From Escherichia coli (GTDB lineage: Bacteria > Pseudomonadota > Gammaproteobacteria > Enterobacterales > Enterobacteriaceae): a DNA stretch of 64,000 nt. Location of the stretch: assembly GCF_003334385.1 (NCBI RefSeq), contig NZ_QOWN01000001.1. One strand, written 5' to 3'. Shown here one piece after another: positions 38,487 to 48,667 of the stretch. The translations under genes were made by a program, and so were the position numbers. The first letter of the stretch is position 1; each line of letters opens with the position of its first letter. Below the pieces are notes generated by a model, which made no database searches, was not told where the DNA came from, and worked only from the letters and a program-made list of their open reading frames with translations.

Positions 38487-38780
38487 TTACATATCCGGGC
38501 ATTCTACCTTACCCAACGCTTCCCAATAATTGCTCTGATTATTACGTTCCATCGCCACGATGGCCTCGCGTATATGTTGTTTATTGTTTTCATCTGACAA
38601 CATTAACTTTTCCCACGCTTCATCTGATAATGACGCCTGTGGCGTGCAAATTTTACGTAAATCTTGTAATACCGTGGTTTTCTCTTTTGCGGACTGCAGT
38701 GAGCTAAAAGGCGACTCGGCGTATACGATGCCTGGCATAGCGAAAAAAGTGAAAATAAGCAGTAGTGTCGTTGGTTTCAT
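38487..38780 (-). CDS. yicS: Small secreted protein YicS
   Basis: 97 aa with N-terminal signal peptide. Confidence 0.8.
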   Translation of the reverse strand: MKPTTLLLIFTFFAMPGIVYAESPFSSLQSAKEKTTVLQDLRKICTPQASLSDEAWEKLMLSDENNKQHIREAIVAMERNNQSNYWEALGKVECPDM

Positions 38781-39001
38781 GGATTCAACCTTTTACAAAT
38801 GTGTATCGAATGAAGCATAAGTGTAGTTTGCTTTCATCGCTCTCATCATGCTGTACGAAACGCGCTTGCGTGGTCAGTAAGAAGTGCCAGACTTTATATT
38901 CCACTTTTATTCCTTTTTATTCTTATCGATAGCGTTTCGTTTTTTAAACCGCAGCGACCTTACCGCTATAGTCAGGTAATCATTAATAAAAGGATAAAAA
39001 A

Positions 39002-39820
39002 ATGAAACTGACAACACATCATCTACGGACAGGGGCCGCATTATTGCTGGCCGGAATTCTGCTGGCAGGTTGCGACCAGAGTAGCAGCGATGCAAAACAC
39101 ATTAAAGTTGGCGTTATAAATGGCGCAGAACAAGATGTCGCGGAAGTCGCTAAAAAGGTGGCAAAAGAGAAATATGGCCTCGATGTTGAACTGGTAGGAT
39201 TTAGCGGTTCGTTGCTACCGAACGATGCGACAAATCATGGCGAACTTGATGCGAATGTCTTCCAGCATCGACCCTTTCTTGAACAAGATAATCAGGCGCA
39301 TGGTTATAAACTGGTAGCGGTGGGAAATACGTTTGTCTTCCCTATGGCGGGTTATTCCAAAAAAATCAAAACCGTGGCGCAAATAAAAGAAGGTGCGACA
39401 GTGGCGATCCCCAACGACCCGACCAACCTTGGTCGCGCACTTTTACTGTTGCAAAAAGAGAAGCTAATTACTCTGAAAGAGGGAAAAGGGTTATTACCTA
39501 CCGCGCTGGATATAACCGATAATCCTCGTCATTTGCAGATTATGGAACTCGAGGGGGCGCAGCTCCCGCGCGTACTGGATGATCCCAAAGTTGATGTAGC
39601 GATTATCAGCACCACTTACATTCAGCAGACCGGGCTTTCTCCGGTGCACGACAGCGTATTTATTGAAGATAAGAATTCGCCGTATGTGAATATTTTGGTG
39701 GCACGGGAAGATAATAAGAATGCAGAAAACGTGAAGGAATTTCTGCAATCTTATCAATCACCCGAAGTCGCTAAAGCGGCAGAAACCATTTTTAACGGTG
39801 GCGCGGTGCCTGGCTGGTAA
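39002..39820 (+). CDS. nlpA: Lipoprotein 28 (methionine-binding-like lipoprotein)
   Basis: 272 aa; lipobox LLAGC; MetQ/NlpA family. Confidence 0.92.
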   Translation: MKLTTHHLRTGAALLLAGILLAGCDQSSSDAKHIKVGVINGAEQDVAEVAKKVAKEKYGLDVELVGFSGSLLPNDATNHGELDANVFQHRPFLEQDNQAHGYKLVAVGNTFVFPMAGYSKKIKTVAQIKEGATVAIPNDPTNLGRALLLLQKEKLITLKEGKGLLPTALDITDNPRHLQIMELEGAQLPRVLDDPKVDVAIISTTYIQQTGLSPVHDSVFIEDKNSPYVNILVAREDNKNAENVKEFLQSYQSPEVAKAAETIFNGGAVPGW

Positions 39821-39823
39821 TTC

Positions 39824-40747
39824 TCACTTATGCCGCGCCGGACGATTTATTTTTCTGGCGCGGCGACGGGAATCCATTGAAATCAAAATCACCGATGACA
39901 GAATCAGCAGCGTTCCCAGCCAGTCCGGTAATGTGAACGTGATCCCCAGCAACAGCAAAGAGAGTAGCGCGCTACTTAATGGTTCTGCACAGCTCAAAAT
40001 GCTGGCTTTTGGACCGCCAATTAATTGTGCTCCTTTCAGGTACAGACTAAATGTCAGGGACGTACCAATGACCACCAAATAAAAAAACGCCAGAATCAAA
40101 CTGCCGTTAACGACAAAGTTTGTTCCTTGTCTGGCATAAAAAGGCAACAGAATCAGACCGCCAATCAGCATACTCCAGCCGACGACTGGTAACGTGCCAT
40201 AGCGGGCAATTAGCGTTGAGGGATAGGTGGTATAGAATGCAGCAGCAAATGCCGAGGCAATGCCCCAGAACAACGCGGCAGGAGAGATCGATAATGACGT
40301 CGGATTACCGTGTGTCACCAATAAAAAAGTCCCGACCAGCGATGTCAAAATAGCGCAGAAAACCAGAATGCCCGGGCGCGATTTACGCACCAGTGAGAAC
40401 CAGGCGACGATAATCGTCGGTGAGAGGAATTGCAGCACCGTTGCCGTGGCTGCGTTCGATTTTTCGATGGTTAGCAAAAAAGTGAGCTGTACAGTTAGCG
40501 CGCCAACCACGGAAAAAATCAGCAGGCTAATGGCATCTTTATGATTGTTAATAATAGAAAAGATTTTATCGCCATGAACAAATGACAGCGTCAGTAGAAT
40601 CAAACCGGCGAATATCAAACGCGTCATAGTCAAAAACTGCGACGACATCTGGCTTTGCTCCATGATGTATTGCGCGCAGACCCCTGAACTTCCCCACAAC
40701 ACGGCGGCAATCAGAACGTTCAGCATCCCCTTTCTGGTGGAACCCAT
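39824..40747 (-). CDS. yicL: EamA/DMT-family inner membrane transporter
   Basis: 307 aa, 10-TM DMT fold. Confidence 0.88.
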
Positions 40748-40857
40748 TTTTCCCTCTGCATACTGTTTTGTCGTTTATGTATGCAGGCATGATAGCAAAA
40801 ATGGCGAGGATGGCTCTGTTTGCGCCACGCCGATTTTTCTTAGCCCAGACTGGTGAG

Positions 40858-42042
40858 CTAAATATCTTTAATAAACAGCAGGCAAATCATCGCAATACCC
40901 AACATCCCTATCGCCAGCCAGAACAACGCATGGTAGCTCCAGATTTCAACCATAATTCCGTCAACAGAGCCGGCGATAATCCAGCCGACGCGTGAAGTAT
41001 TTGCATATAACGTTGTCGCAGAGCCTATTTTTTCAGGCATCAAGTCCTGAAAATAAAGCATGCCGATACCACAGAGAATACCAAGGAAGATGGCATTAAG
41101 AATTTGCAATTCCAGCTCAACCGCCGGAGTCGTCGCCATGAGTACGCTGGCGTAAAAACACATTCCACTCACGATAGCAATGAGCATTAATAGTCGCTTG
41201 CCAATACGTTTCATGTAATAGCCTGCGATTAACATCATCGGAATTTCCAGACCGGCAGCGATACCAATCATTTCTCCAGCCAGTTTATCGGTTAGATGCA
41301 GTTCATCAATAATAAATAGCGGCATATTTATCATGTAGAGATTATTCGCCGCCCACATCATTGAACAGACCACAAAAAGTAGCCGCGTATCCCGCTTCCT
41401 GTGGGTGGAGGGTAAAATTTCTACGGGTTGGGTAACGACAGGAATATTTCTTTGTATTGATGGCAAAAACAACCAGACTATCAGTCCGCAAACAACAAAT
41501 GCGATGGCAGCGGTGAGATACATCACTTTAAAACTAAATCCCATTGCCAGTTCATAAGCGAGCGGTGGCCCGATAACCCAGGCAAGCGAGATCTGAGCAC
41601 GTAAAAATGTACTGAACATGACCGTCTCACGGCCTGTTCTGTCGGCGTGTTCACGGGCGAGGGCGAACATTTGCGGGTTTGCGGTGGAAGCAAAACTACT
41701 CAGAAGTACGCCCGTTGAGAGGAGAATGAAGTAGTTGCGATTCCACGCAAAAAGCGTGCAGGCCAGCACTCCAAATAAGCAACATAGCAGAATCAGTAAC
41801 TTACGGTCGCCTTGTTTATCGGAGTGCCTTGCCAGAAATTGACTGACCAGAATTCCCATAATAGCGCTACCGGTGAAGAAAAAACCTACCATTATAGGAC
41901 GGGCTTTCAGTTCATCTGCGAGGAATATACTTAGGGTAGGAGTCTGAAGAGCGCCCGCAATACCCGTCAGAAAGGCGACAAGTAAAAATGCCGCGGCAGT
42001 GAGATCAAGTATTTTTGATGGAGTGGTAGCCGTTTTTTGCAT
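40858..42042 (-). CDS. setC: Sugar efflux transporter SetC (MFS)
   Basis: 394 aa MFS; in E. coli this gene sits immediately downstream of selC. Confidence 0.9.
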   Translation of the reverse strand: MQKTATTPSKILDLTAAAFLLVAFLTGIAGALQTPTLSIFLADELKARPIMVGFFFTGSAIMGILVSQFLARHSDKQGDRKLLILLCCLFGVLACTLFAWNRNYFILLSTGVLLSSFASTANPQMFALAREHADRTGRETVMFSTFLRAQISLAWVIGPPLAYELAMGFSFKVMYLTAAIAFVVCGLIVWLFLPSIQRNIPVVTQPVEILPSTHRKRDTRLLFVVCSMMWAANNLYMINMPLFIIDELHLTDKLAGEMIGIAAGLEIPMMLIAGYYMKRIGKRLLMLIAIVSGMCFYASVLMATTPAVELELQILNAIFLGILCGIGMLYFQDLMPEKIGSATTLYANTSRVGWIIAGSVDGIMVEIWSYHALFWLAIGMLGIAMICLLFIKDI

Positions 42043-42678
42043 TCTTCTGAATCACCGGGCGAAAAAATATAACTGAGTTACAAATAAGTACCAGTCGAAT
42101 GAGTATTGTATTAAGAATTTTTGAGTATCGCTGATACAACCAGAAAGCAATGCTAGCGCAATATTATAGGGCCAGCAATTGAGATTATTAGTAAAAGCAT
42201 GTTAAGAATTAATTACCGAATTTATATATTAATTATAGTAAGGCAATGAGCTATTTTTGATAGTAAAAATAAAACAAGTTGATTTGATATATTAAATGAA
42301 CAAATTAATCTTGATGGCAGTCTGATTATTGGTGAAGTTTATAGTCAGTTTTTTTCGCCAGCGGTTAAAGAAATAGAATAGTCGTATAAAAAAGGGTGTT
42401 CTGGGGCGAGTAAAACAACATCTTCACCTTAATGGCGATACAGTTGGCTGAGAGTCAGCAGGGGGGCAAATCACCTGCAAATAAACACGGCGCATACTGG
42501 CGTGAATATCGCGGATGCGTTCGAGGACAGAAGAACCGACAGGCGGATTCTTCAGCCGCTCATCGTCCATCACAAAACCTTAGACCAGGTATTCCTGAAG
42601 CCGATTGAATATTGAGCAGTAGAAAATATCTGGATTGACAGTATTACAAGGGGTTGGAGAACGTCAGGAGAGGCATTT

Positions 42679-42702
42679 TGGCGGAAGATCACAGGAGTCG
42701 AA
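42679..42702 (-). other. selC: 3'-terminal 24 nt of tRNA-Sec (selC): attachment-site core marking the island boundary; the rest of the tRNA is not in the window
   Basis: tggcggaagatcacaggagtcgaa is the reverse complement of the recalled selC 3' end (TTCGACTCCTGTGATCTTCCGCCA); the sequence then diverges into AT-rich foreign DNA. Confidence 0.8.
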
Positions 42703-42834
42703 TATAAGTATTAATGCATTGATCTTAAATAATTTGTATGTGTTGGATAAATGAGTAACCCCCATAAGAACCCCCAAATGATTTTGCATGAAGGAATGAA
42801 GCTAAAATACATAATTGAATCAATTCTTAGTACT

Positions 42835-43680
42835 CTATTGTGAAGGTAACATTTCCGGATAGTGTCTGGCTATAATATCATTTAGCCGATCAACCAGTTC
42901 TGGTTTCCTGAACGTGATGTGCGCGGAGCCCTTCTTAAAGTATCTGATGCTGAACATTTCATCTTCATAGCACTCTTTACCCTGAACAGACCGGATGTGC
43001 TCATCCAGATGAATAGTGATGTTTTCCCGGTTGTCGGGGATCGGTTTGCCGCTGAACAGATGCAGCATTCTTTACAGGTCGGCAAGTCGATCGGCCTGTG
43101 GGCCGTTGTTCAGATGAAATCCCCATCTGTCCCACCTCACCAGATTGTTGACGATAATTTTACTGCCAAATTTACAGGGTGAATTGTTTTTGTAATTCCA
43201 GCTCAGTCCCCTGAAAACATTAATTACCCCTCGCTCAAACACCTCATCCTTATTCTGGTGCAGTTGTTCAAATGTGCTCAGAATGTTCGCTTCACTGATT
43301 TCCGGAAAATTATCGTACTCCAGTGACCGGTACCATGTATCACGGGCCTGCGCATCCATTAATGACAGCATCCCGGAACGTTGCATCAGGTCACGCCAGA
43401 TTTCGCGGTCAAGGTTGCGGGTGATGGCTTTCATTGCTGTTTCAGGTTTCTCCATGAGCCAGCATCCGCAGCGAAAATTCTGTTTCATCGCCCAGTCCCG
43501 TGCGCTTTTACCACCAATGCTTTTTGTCAGTACTGAGATTTCAGTCAGTTGCCGGATAAGCGTTTCGGTTTGTTGCAGTGCTGCATTCCGTACCGTCACA
43601 ACGTGTCGGATACTGGTGGAGCAGATAACGTCCGTATTCCCGGTGACCACTTCCGGATGGGAGATTGTGATGTTTGACAT
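42835..43680 (-). pseudogene. Conserved island protein (possibly DUF4942 family) interrupted by an in-frame TAA
   Basis: ORFs 43072-43680 and 42835-43068 are in the same frame, separated only by TAA (43072-43074) and one codon; together about 281 codons. Confidence 0.6.
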
Positions 43681-43764
43681 TATCGGTTTCCCTTTTGGTT
43701 TATAAACGAAAACGCCAGCCGTATTCAGGCTGGCGTCAGTGGAATGAAGTCTGGTGAGTAAGGC

Positions 43765-44007
43765 TCACCGGTTCTGTTGCAGAAGCTGCAGTTGGCGCAG
43801 GGTATGGATATCCTCCCTCGCCTGTTCAATGCAGGGCAGCAGTGCTGCCGAATCCGTTTTATCCTCATCGTTGTCAAAGATAATTCCCGATTCGCAGTCG
43901 ATATTGTCCTGCAGCCACGCAATCAGAATATCCAGTGCTGTTTCCGTGGTTAATGATTTCATGTTGTTCCTGGTTACCAGTTGAAAGTGGGTAAACCCGG
44001 CAGGCAT
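43765..44007 (-). CDS. Small hypothetical protein (CP4-type island)
   Basis: 80-aa ORF downstream of the toxin module; acidic and coding-like; no function assignable. Confidence 0.4.
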   Translation of the reverse strand: MPAGFTHFQLVTRNNMKSLTTETALDILIAWLQDNIDCESGIIFDNDEDKTDSAALLPCIEQAREDIHTLRQLQLLQQNR

Positions 44008-44462
44008 TCAGCGCTGGCATCCAGATGAATGAGACTGACGCCATAACGTCGGGTAAGTGTGACAACCAGACAACGGAACGTTTTTGACAGGCCCAGGCGC
44101 TTAAGCCGCAGAACCGGGTATGACCACGCATCGGTACGTAACAGATAGCCGCTGCCTGTAAAATGAATCCATTCTGATTCGCCGTCGTCATTAGTCTGGT
44201 GTGACAGCGAGTACAGCCAGGCGTTGTCCGTTTCCGTGATATGTGCGGTGCTGCAACGTATGCAGGTAAGGGTTGTTAACGGTGGTGGTGTACTGGTTGC
44301 GTGTTGGTCGGATTTATCGACCACGCGGAGTAAATAACCGTTTTCAGAGACCTTGTTAATCAGTTCACTGAGATTAACACCATCGACGTCAACGACAATG
44401 CGCCCCATGTTCAGTGCCTGCACGTTAACGCTGTCGGCTTCCAGCGTCAGGGCCAGTTTCAT
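43974..44462 (-). CDS. Hypothetical protein downstream of CbtA (YeeW-like position)
   Basis: 162 aa; start overlaps the cbtA-like stop (ATGA); positional analogue of yeeW in CP4-44. Confidence 0.5.
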   Translation of the reverse strand: MKLALTLEADSVNVQALNMGRIVVDVDGVNLSELINKVSENGYLLRVVDKSDQHATSTPPPLTTLTCIRCSTAHITETDNAWLYSLSHQTNDDGESEWIHFTGSGYLLRTDAWSYPVLRLKRLGLSKTFRCLVVTLTRRYGVSLIHLDASAECLPGLPTFNW

Positions 44463-44836
44463 TGTTTTGCCTCCGGATGCTTGCCCTGGGTAATGTTATT
44501 TACCATTCTGTAATTGTTCCGGGTCATCAGGCCGGTTGCCCTGCGAGCCCGGAGAATATCAATGCTGTTGATTAACTGCGACGGGGCTCCTGCGCTGAAT
44601 CCCGGCTGGTCGGTACGTACCAGCGCGTATTTTTCAACGAGAAAGTTCACCGCGTCACACAGTGAAATCCCTGCCTCAATATGCTGCTCAATCACACGTT
44701 CATCAGCGAACGGTGTGTCATTCAGCGTGAGGCCATAGTGCTGGTCCAGCAGTCGGGTGAGCAGTGTCTGCCAGATGGTGACGGGAGACGGGCAGCCCGA
44801 TGCCTCCCGTACGTGAGTGTCGGGTAATGTATTCAT
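44459..44836 (-). CDS. CbtA/YeeV/YkfI-family type IV toxin
   Basis: From MNTLPDTH, 125 aa; strong similarity to recalled YeeV ([52 protein letters not shown]). Confidence 0.85.
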   Translation of the reverse strand: MNTLPDTHVREASGCPSPVTIWQTLLTRLLDQHYGLTLNDTPFADERVIEQHIEAGISLCDAVNFLVEKYALVRTDQPGFSAGAPSQLINSIDILRARRATGLMTRNNYRMVNNITQGKHPEAKQ

Positions 44837-44882
44837 CTTAAGTTCTCTGTAACAGGTGGTGATAAAGGGGAGATATCCGGGG

Positions 44883-45320
44883 TTATACGGTGATTGCGGG
44901 CGCTGCCGGTGTCGGATAAACAGCCAGATAAACGTAACCACAACTGCCAAGGGTATCGGCTTCGCAGGTCAGCCCTTTCGCATACAGTGTGATGGTATGC
45001 TGATGGCGGGGATTCAGTTCACCGCTGGTGAGCATGAGTTCCAGTTGTTTCATCAGCAGCGGAAAGGCCTGGTCCAGGTGGTATGCATCCGCGTCGCTGA
45101 ACCGGCCTCTGATACCGGCACGGTCGGCAAGGTAATGCAACCGGTTACCCTCCTGCACCAGACGTGCCCCGAAACAGGGCGTCACGGTGCAGGGCAGCCC
45201 CCACCAGGGGCGGTCGTGATTGTCGTCGGGATGCGTTGTCCCGGGCAGTGTGTCTGACACGATAAAGTCCTCACAGAAATCAGTTAAGAATGGTTCGATG
45301 GTGGCGATAATTCGGCTCAT
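44883..45320 (-). CDS. CbeA/YeeU/YafW-family antitoxin
   Basis: Contains [49 protein letters not shown]; the true start may be the internal GTG (VSDTLPG), giving about 124 aa. Confidence 0.85.
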   Translation of the reverse strand: MSRIIATIEPFLTDFCEDFIVSDTLPGTTHPDDNHDRPWWGLPCTVTPCFGARLVQEGNRLHYLADRAGIRGRFSDADAYHLDQAFPLLMKQLELMLTSGELNPRHQHTITLYAKGLTCEADTLGSCGYVYLAVYPTPAAPAITV

Positions 45321-45338
45321 CAGAATGCCCTTCCTGAC

Positions 45339-45560
45339 TCAGTTCAGGGTGACGCTCATCAGCCGGACATACGGGCCAAAACTGTCTTTACGGCGTTCTG
45401 CAAACACAGCCAGCACACCGGGAATATCCTGCACTTCACGACCGGTATACGCTTCAGTGCTGCCGTGCCAGCGGTATTTGCCGGTACAGAACGGAAAAAG
45501 ACGGGATGCCGGATGTTGTTGGTGAATACGCATGGCTTCACCACGGGTGATGATTTTCAT
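45339..45560 (-). CDS. DUF987-family protein (YeeT/YkfH-like)
   Basis: 73 aa MKIITRGEAMRIHQQHPASRLFPFCTGKYRWHGS...; canonical position upstream of the TA pair. Confidence 0.8.
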   Translation of the reverse strand: MKIITRGEAMRIHQQHPASRLFPFCTGKYRWHGSTEAYTGREVQDIPGVLAVFAERRKDSFGPYVRLMSVTLN

Positions 45561-45628
45561 AGTGTGATACCTCTGAAGACAGAAGATAAAAGCGAAAACT
45601 GGTATGATGTGGTTGTAACGGTGACGGG

Positions 45629-46105
45629 TTAAAGCAGACCGTGTTCCGCAAAGGAGAAAACCTGGCTGCCACCGACTATCAGATGGTCCGGCACCCGGAT
45701 ATCCACCAGGCCCAGTGCCTGTACCAGACGTTCCGTGATAAGGCGGTCTGCCTTGCTGGGTGTGACTTCACCGGACGGGTGATTGTGTGCCAGCACCACA
45801 GCAGCGGCATTGTGATACAGGGCGCGTTTAATCACTTCCCGGGGATGGACTTCCGTGCGGTTGATGGTGCCGGTGAAGAGGGTTTCACCGGCAATCAGCT
45901 TATTCTGGTTGTTCAGATACAGCACCCGGAATTCTTCACGCTCCAGTCCCGCCATGTTCAGAATCAGCCATTCCCGTGCCGCACGGGTGGAGGTGAAGGC
46001 CACACCGGGTTCATGAAGATGGCGGTCCAGGGTTTTCAGGGCCCGCTGAATGAGGCTGCGCTCGCCGGGCGTCATCTCTCCTGGCAGAAAGGAAAGCTGT
46101 TGCAT
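45629..46105 (-). CDS. RadC-like JAB-domain protein (YeeS/YkfG/YfjY-like)
   Basis: 158 aa with JAMM-like motif (HNHPSGEVTPSKAD). Confidence 0.85.
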   Translation of the reverse strand: MQQLSFLPGEMTPGERSLIQRALKTLDRHLHEPGVAFTSTRAAREWLILNMAGLEREEFRVLYLNNQNKLIAGETLFTGTINRTEVHPREVIKRALYHNAAAVVLAHNHPSGEVTPSKADRLITERLVQALGLVDIRVPDHLIVGGSQVFSFAEHGLL

Positions 46106-46119
46106 TGTTCCAGCCCCTT

Positions 46120-46605
46120 TCAGTCAATGATGCGCATAATGGCGTTGCATTCCGGATGCTGCAGGGCGTAGTCCCGCAGACGGTAATAATGAACCGTCAT
46201 GGCATAACACTCCGTGCGACAGGCATGATGACTGTACGTCATCAGACAGGCAGCAATGCCGGCGGCTTCCGGGCTCATTTCAGCACGGTTACCGTTCATG
46301 GCATTGAACAGTACCCATGTCTCGTCATCATCGTCATCCGGTTCGGGTGCCATAAATGCCCCGCCGTTGTTCAGGGTGTACAGATTCCAGATACCACCGC
46401 AGTAGTCTTCGCAAAGATGGTCCATCCAGCCGAAGACACGGGGTTCCAGGGTCACCCACTGTGGAATGAGGCCAAAATGCTGCGGCCAGAAGCTGATGCG
46501 CTGTTCATGAGGAACGAGAGTGGCAACCAGTTGAGGCTGGTCATTCTCTGAAGCTGTGACTACGGAAGCAGAAAGTGTACAGGTGTTCTGAGAAACAGTT
46601 TTCAT
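46120..46605 (-). CDS. Antirestriction protein (ArdB/KlcA family; YfjX/YafX-like)
   Basis: 161 aa, acidic stretch (EPDDDDDE); conserved position in CP4-type islands. Confidence 0.75.
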   Translation of the reverse strand: MKTVSQNTCTLSASVVTASENDQPQLVATLVPHEQRISFWPQHFGLIPQWVTLEPRVFGWMDHLCEDYCGGIWNLYTLNNGGAFMAPEPDDDDDETWVLFNAMNGNRAEMSPEAAGIAACLMTYSHHACRTECYAMTVHYYRLRDYALQHPECNAIMRIID

Positions 46606-46695
46606 GAGTGAAATCCTTATAAAACAAATAAATGCAGGGTTTTCGGGGAGCAGGGGGTAGGGGAGCCTGAATCACGTCTTCAGGGATGTGCTGCA

Positions 46696-47514
46696 TCAGC
46701 GCATGTTCTCCAGCAGCGTTTCTGTCATTACCCACAATGCGCGATTGAGCTTAATGTCCGTGTCGATGCTGTGAATGGCACGGGTGTGGATACGTTTTCC
46801 TTTAGCGCTGCGACCGGAAATCCCGCCTTTCAGCATATTCTCCTGGATGGTCTGATATGCGCTCCACAGGTCCTTACCGTAATCCTCCCGGCGTCGCGGC
46901 GTCAGAATGTCGGCGGTGGTGACGGGCTGATGTTCGTCACCATAACGGTAAGTCAGTGCCGCCTGTGCCAGCGCCTGGCGTGCCGGTGGCGGCAGAATCA
47001 GCGACTGCATGGCATCACGCTTTTCCTCAATCCGGTCAAACACGCCCACCACCTTGTAAGCCCCTTCAATGACTCTGTCCACCACATTTCCCCGGTGCGG
47101 AACACGCACTTCCCCCAGAGACTGACCACAGACGCATCCGTTCTGGCAGACGAACCTGAAGTAACCCGGCAGCATCTGGTAGCTGGAGGTACCGTCATGG
47201 GAGTTCAGCAGGATGATTTCAGGGACATGTTGTCCGTTTATCTCCCCGTCACGGCGCAGACGCAGCATGTGTTTGGTGTATCCCCGGCGGCCCGGGTCGC
47301 GCACACGGGTCTGGCAGGCGAAGAATGGCTGAAAACCTTCCCGCTGCAGGCTTTCCAGCACTGTGATGGTGGGGATCCAGGTATAGTTCTCGCTTCTGGA
47401 TGTGTGCTTATCTTCCCCGAATACGCTGGGGACGACCTGCATCAGTTCTTCACGAGTTAAGGGACGATCACGGCGTATCTGATTTACATGACCAAAACGA
47501 CTGGCTAATTGCAT
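46696..47514 (-). CDS. DUF932-family protein (YafZ/YfjQ-like)
   Basis: 272 aa; family and position typical of CP4-like elements. Confidence 0.75.
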   Translation of the reverse strand: MQLASRFGHVNQIRRDRPLTREELMQVVPSVFGEDKHTSRSENYTWIPTITVLESLQREGFQPFFACQTRVRDPGRRGYTKHMLRLRRDGEINGQHVPEIILLNSHDGTSSYQMLPGYFRFVCQNGCVCGQSLGEVRVPHRGNVVDRVIEGAYKVVGVFDRIEEKRDAMQSLILPPPARQALAQAALTYRYGDEHQPVTTADILTPRRREDYGKDLWSAYQTIQENMLKGGISGRSAKGKRIHTRAIHSIDTDIKLNRALWVMTETLLENMR

Positions 47515-47603
47515 ACTTTGCTCCTTATGAATGAGTTAGCGGTATAAATGAAAAGGCCGCGTCTCCCGGAGAAGACGCGGCCTGATGGATGAAATGAAGA
47601 CGT

Positions 47604-47837
47604 TTATTGCCTGAGAATTCCCTCACTGGCGAGATATGGATTTAGCTGTTTTCCGGCATCAGGTTCAAAATTCCAGCACCGCCAGCGTAGCTGCCCTTCA
47701 GCATTGTGGATAACCAGCCGGAAATGCGTTCCCTGATCATCTTCAATAAGCACATTGCGGTAAGCTGTTGTGACAGCCATCGCCTGTTCGCGTGAGAAAG
47801 GGCCTTCGGGCAATAAAACAGGGTGACAGTCCGACAT
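47604..47837 (-). CDS. DUF905-family protein (YkfF-like)
   Basis: 77 aa; motif [12 protein letters not shown]...WNFEP. Confidence 0.7.
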
Positions 47838-47842
47838 ACCGG

Positions 47843-48520
47843 CTATTTTCCGATAAATTCAACGCTGGCACCGGTGGCATTACCGTCAGCACCAACCGTG
47901 ACGGTCACTTTGTCGTACGCACGGTCTTCAGGATTGAACACTTCAAACTCAACCTTATTGCCTTTTACTTCGTAAGAGCCAAAATCAGCGGTTTCTGTTG
48001 TTTCCTCGTCATATTCCCGGGCGTATGCCTGCCGGGCAGCCTGCAGGACGGAATCTTTATTAATGGCGGGTGTCTGTTTCGGGGAAAAACCAGCAAGTGA
48101 TGTGACAAATTTCGGACAGACCTTCAGCATATCACCGCGGGTGAATTCCATTCGTACACCAAATGCCTGTAAAACGGACACATCACGCTCTGCTATGGAG
48201 TGAACGGCTTTTTTGACCATTTCCGGCGCCTGTCCGATTTCCACCTCAACAGCCCTGAATCCCGTCTGCTGATTACACATTTGTGATGTGGGGATCAGGT
48301 TACCGTTAATACTGATACGGCTGCCCAGGAGCGTCTGTACACCATTCGGGCATCCCTGCATCAGGCCGGTAATACCAATCGTGCCATTTTTCAGCATTAC
48401 CAGCGCCTGACCATCTTCCGTCATGGTCTGACACCAGCCGTTTTTGACAGCCCAGTTGCCGGCGGAGGCGGAGAATGATGCCACAGTGAATAGCAGGGGA
48501 AAAAGAGCTCTGGTATTCAT
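47843..48520 (-). CDS. Secreted/lipoprotein-like protein (YafY/YfjS-like)
   Basis: ORF 47843-48625; likely start [21 protein letters not shown] (signal peptide), about 225 aa. Confidence 0.6.
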
Positions 48521-48667
48521 GACTGACCTCTGAAATGAACGTACGGTGTTATTGATAATGATGGAAGGTATGCAGTGACTGTTCAGGGAATGACGTAGCC
48601 GTATATTTAGTTTTCTGTTCAACATATTGTCTCCATACCTGTCGGGACGGCTTTGGCAGGCCGGCGA

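Noticed and set aside
42043-42702. A complete tRNA-Sec gene next to setC
   Set aside because: Only the 3' 24 nt match selC; the acceptor 5' half, D-arm, anticodon arm and long variable arm are absent, so no tRNA feature is called.
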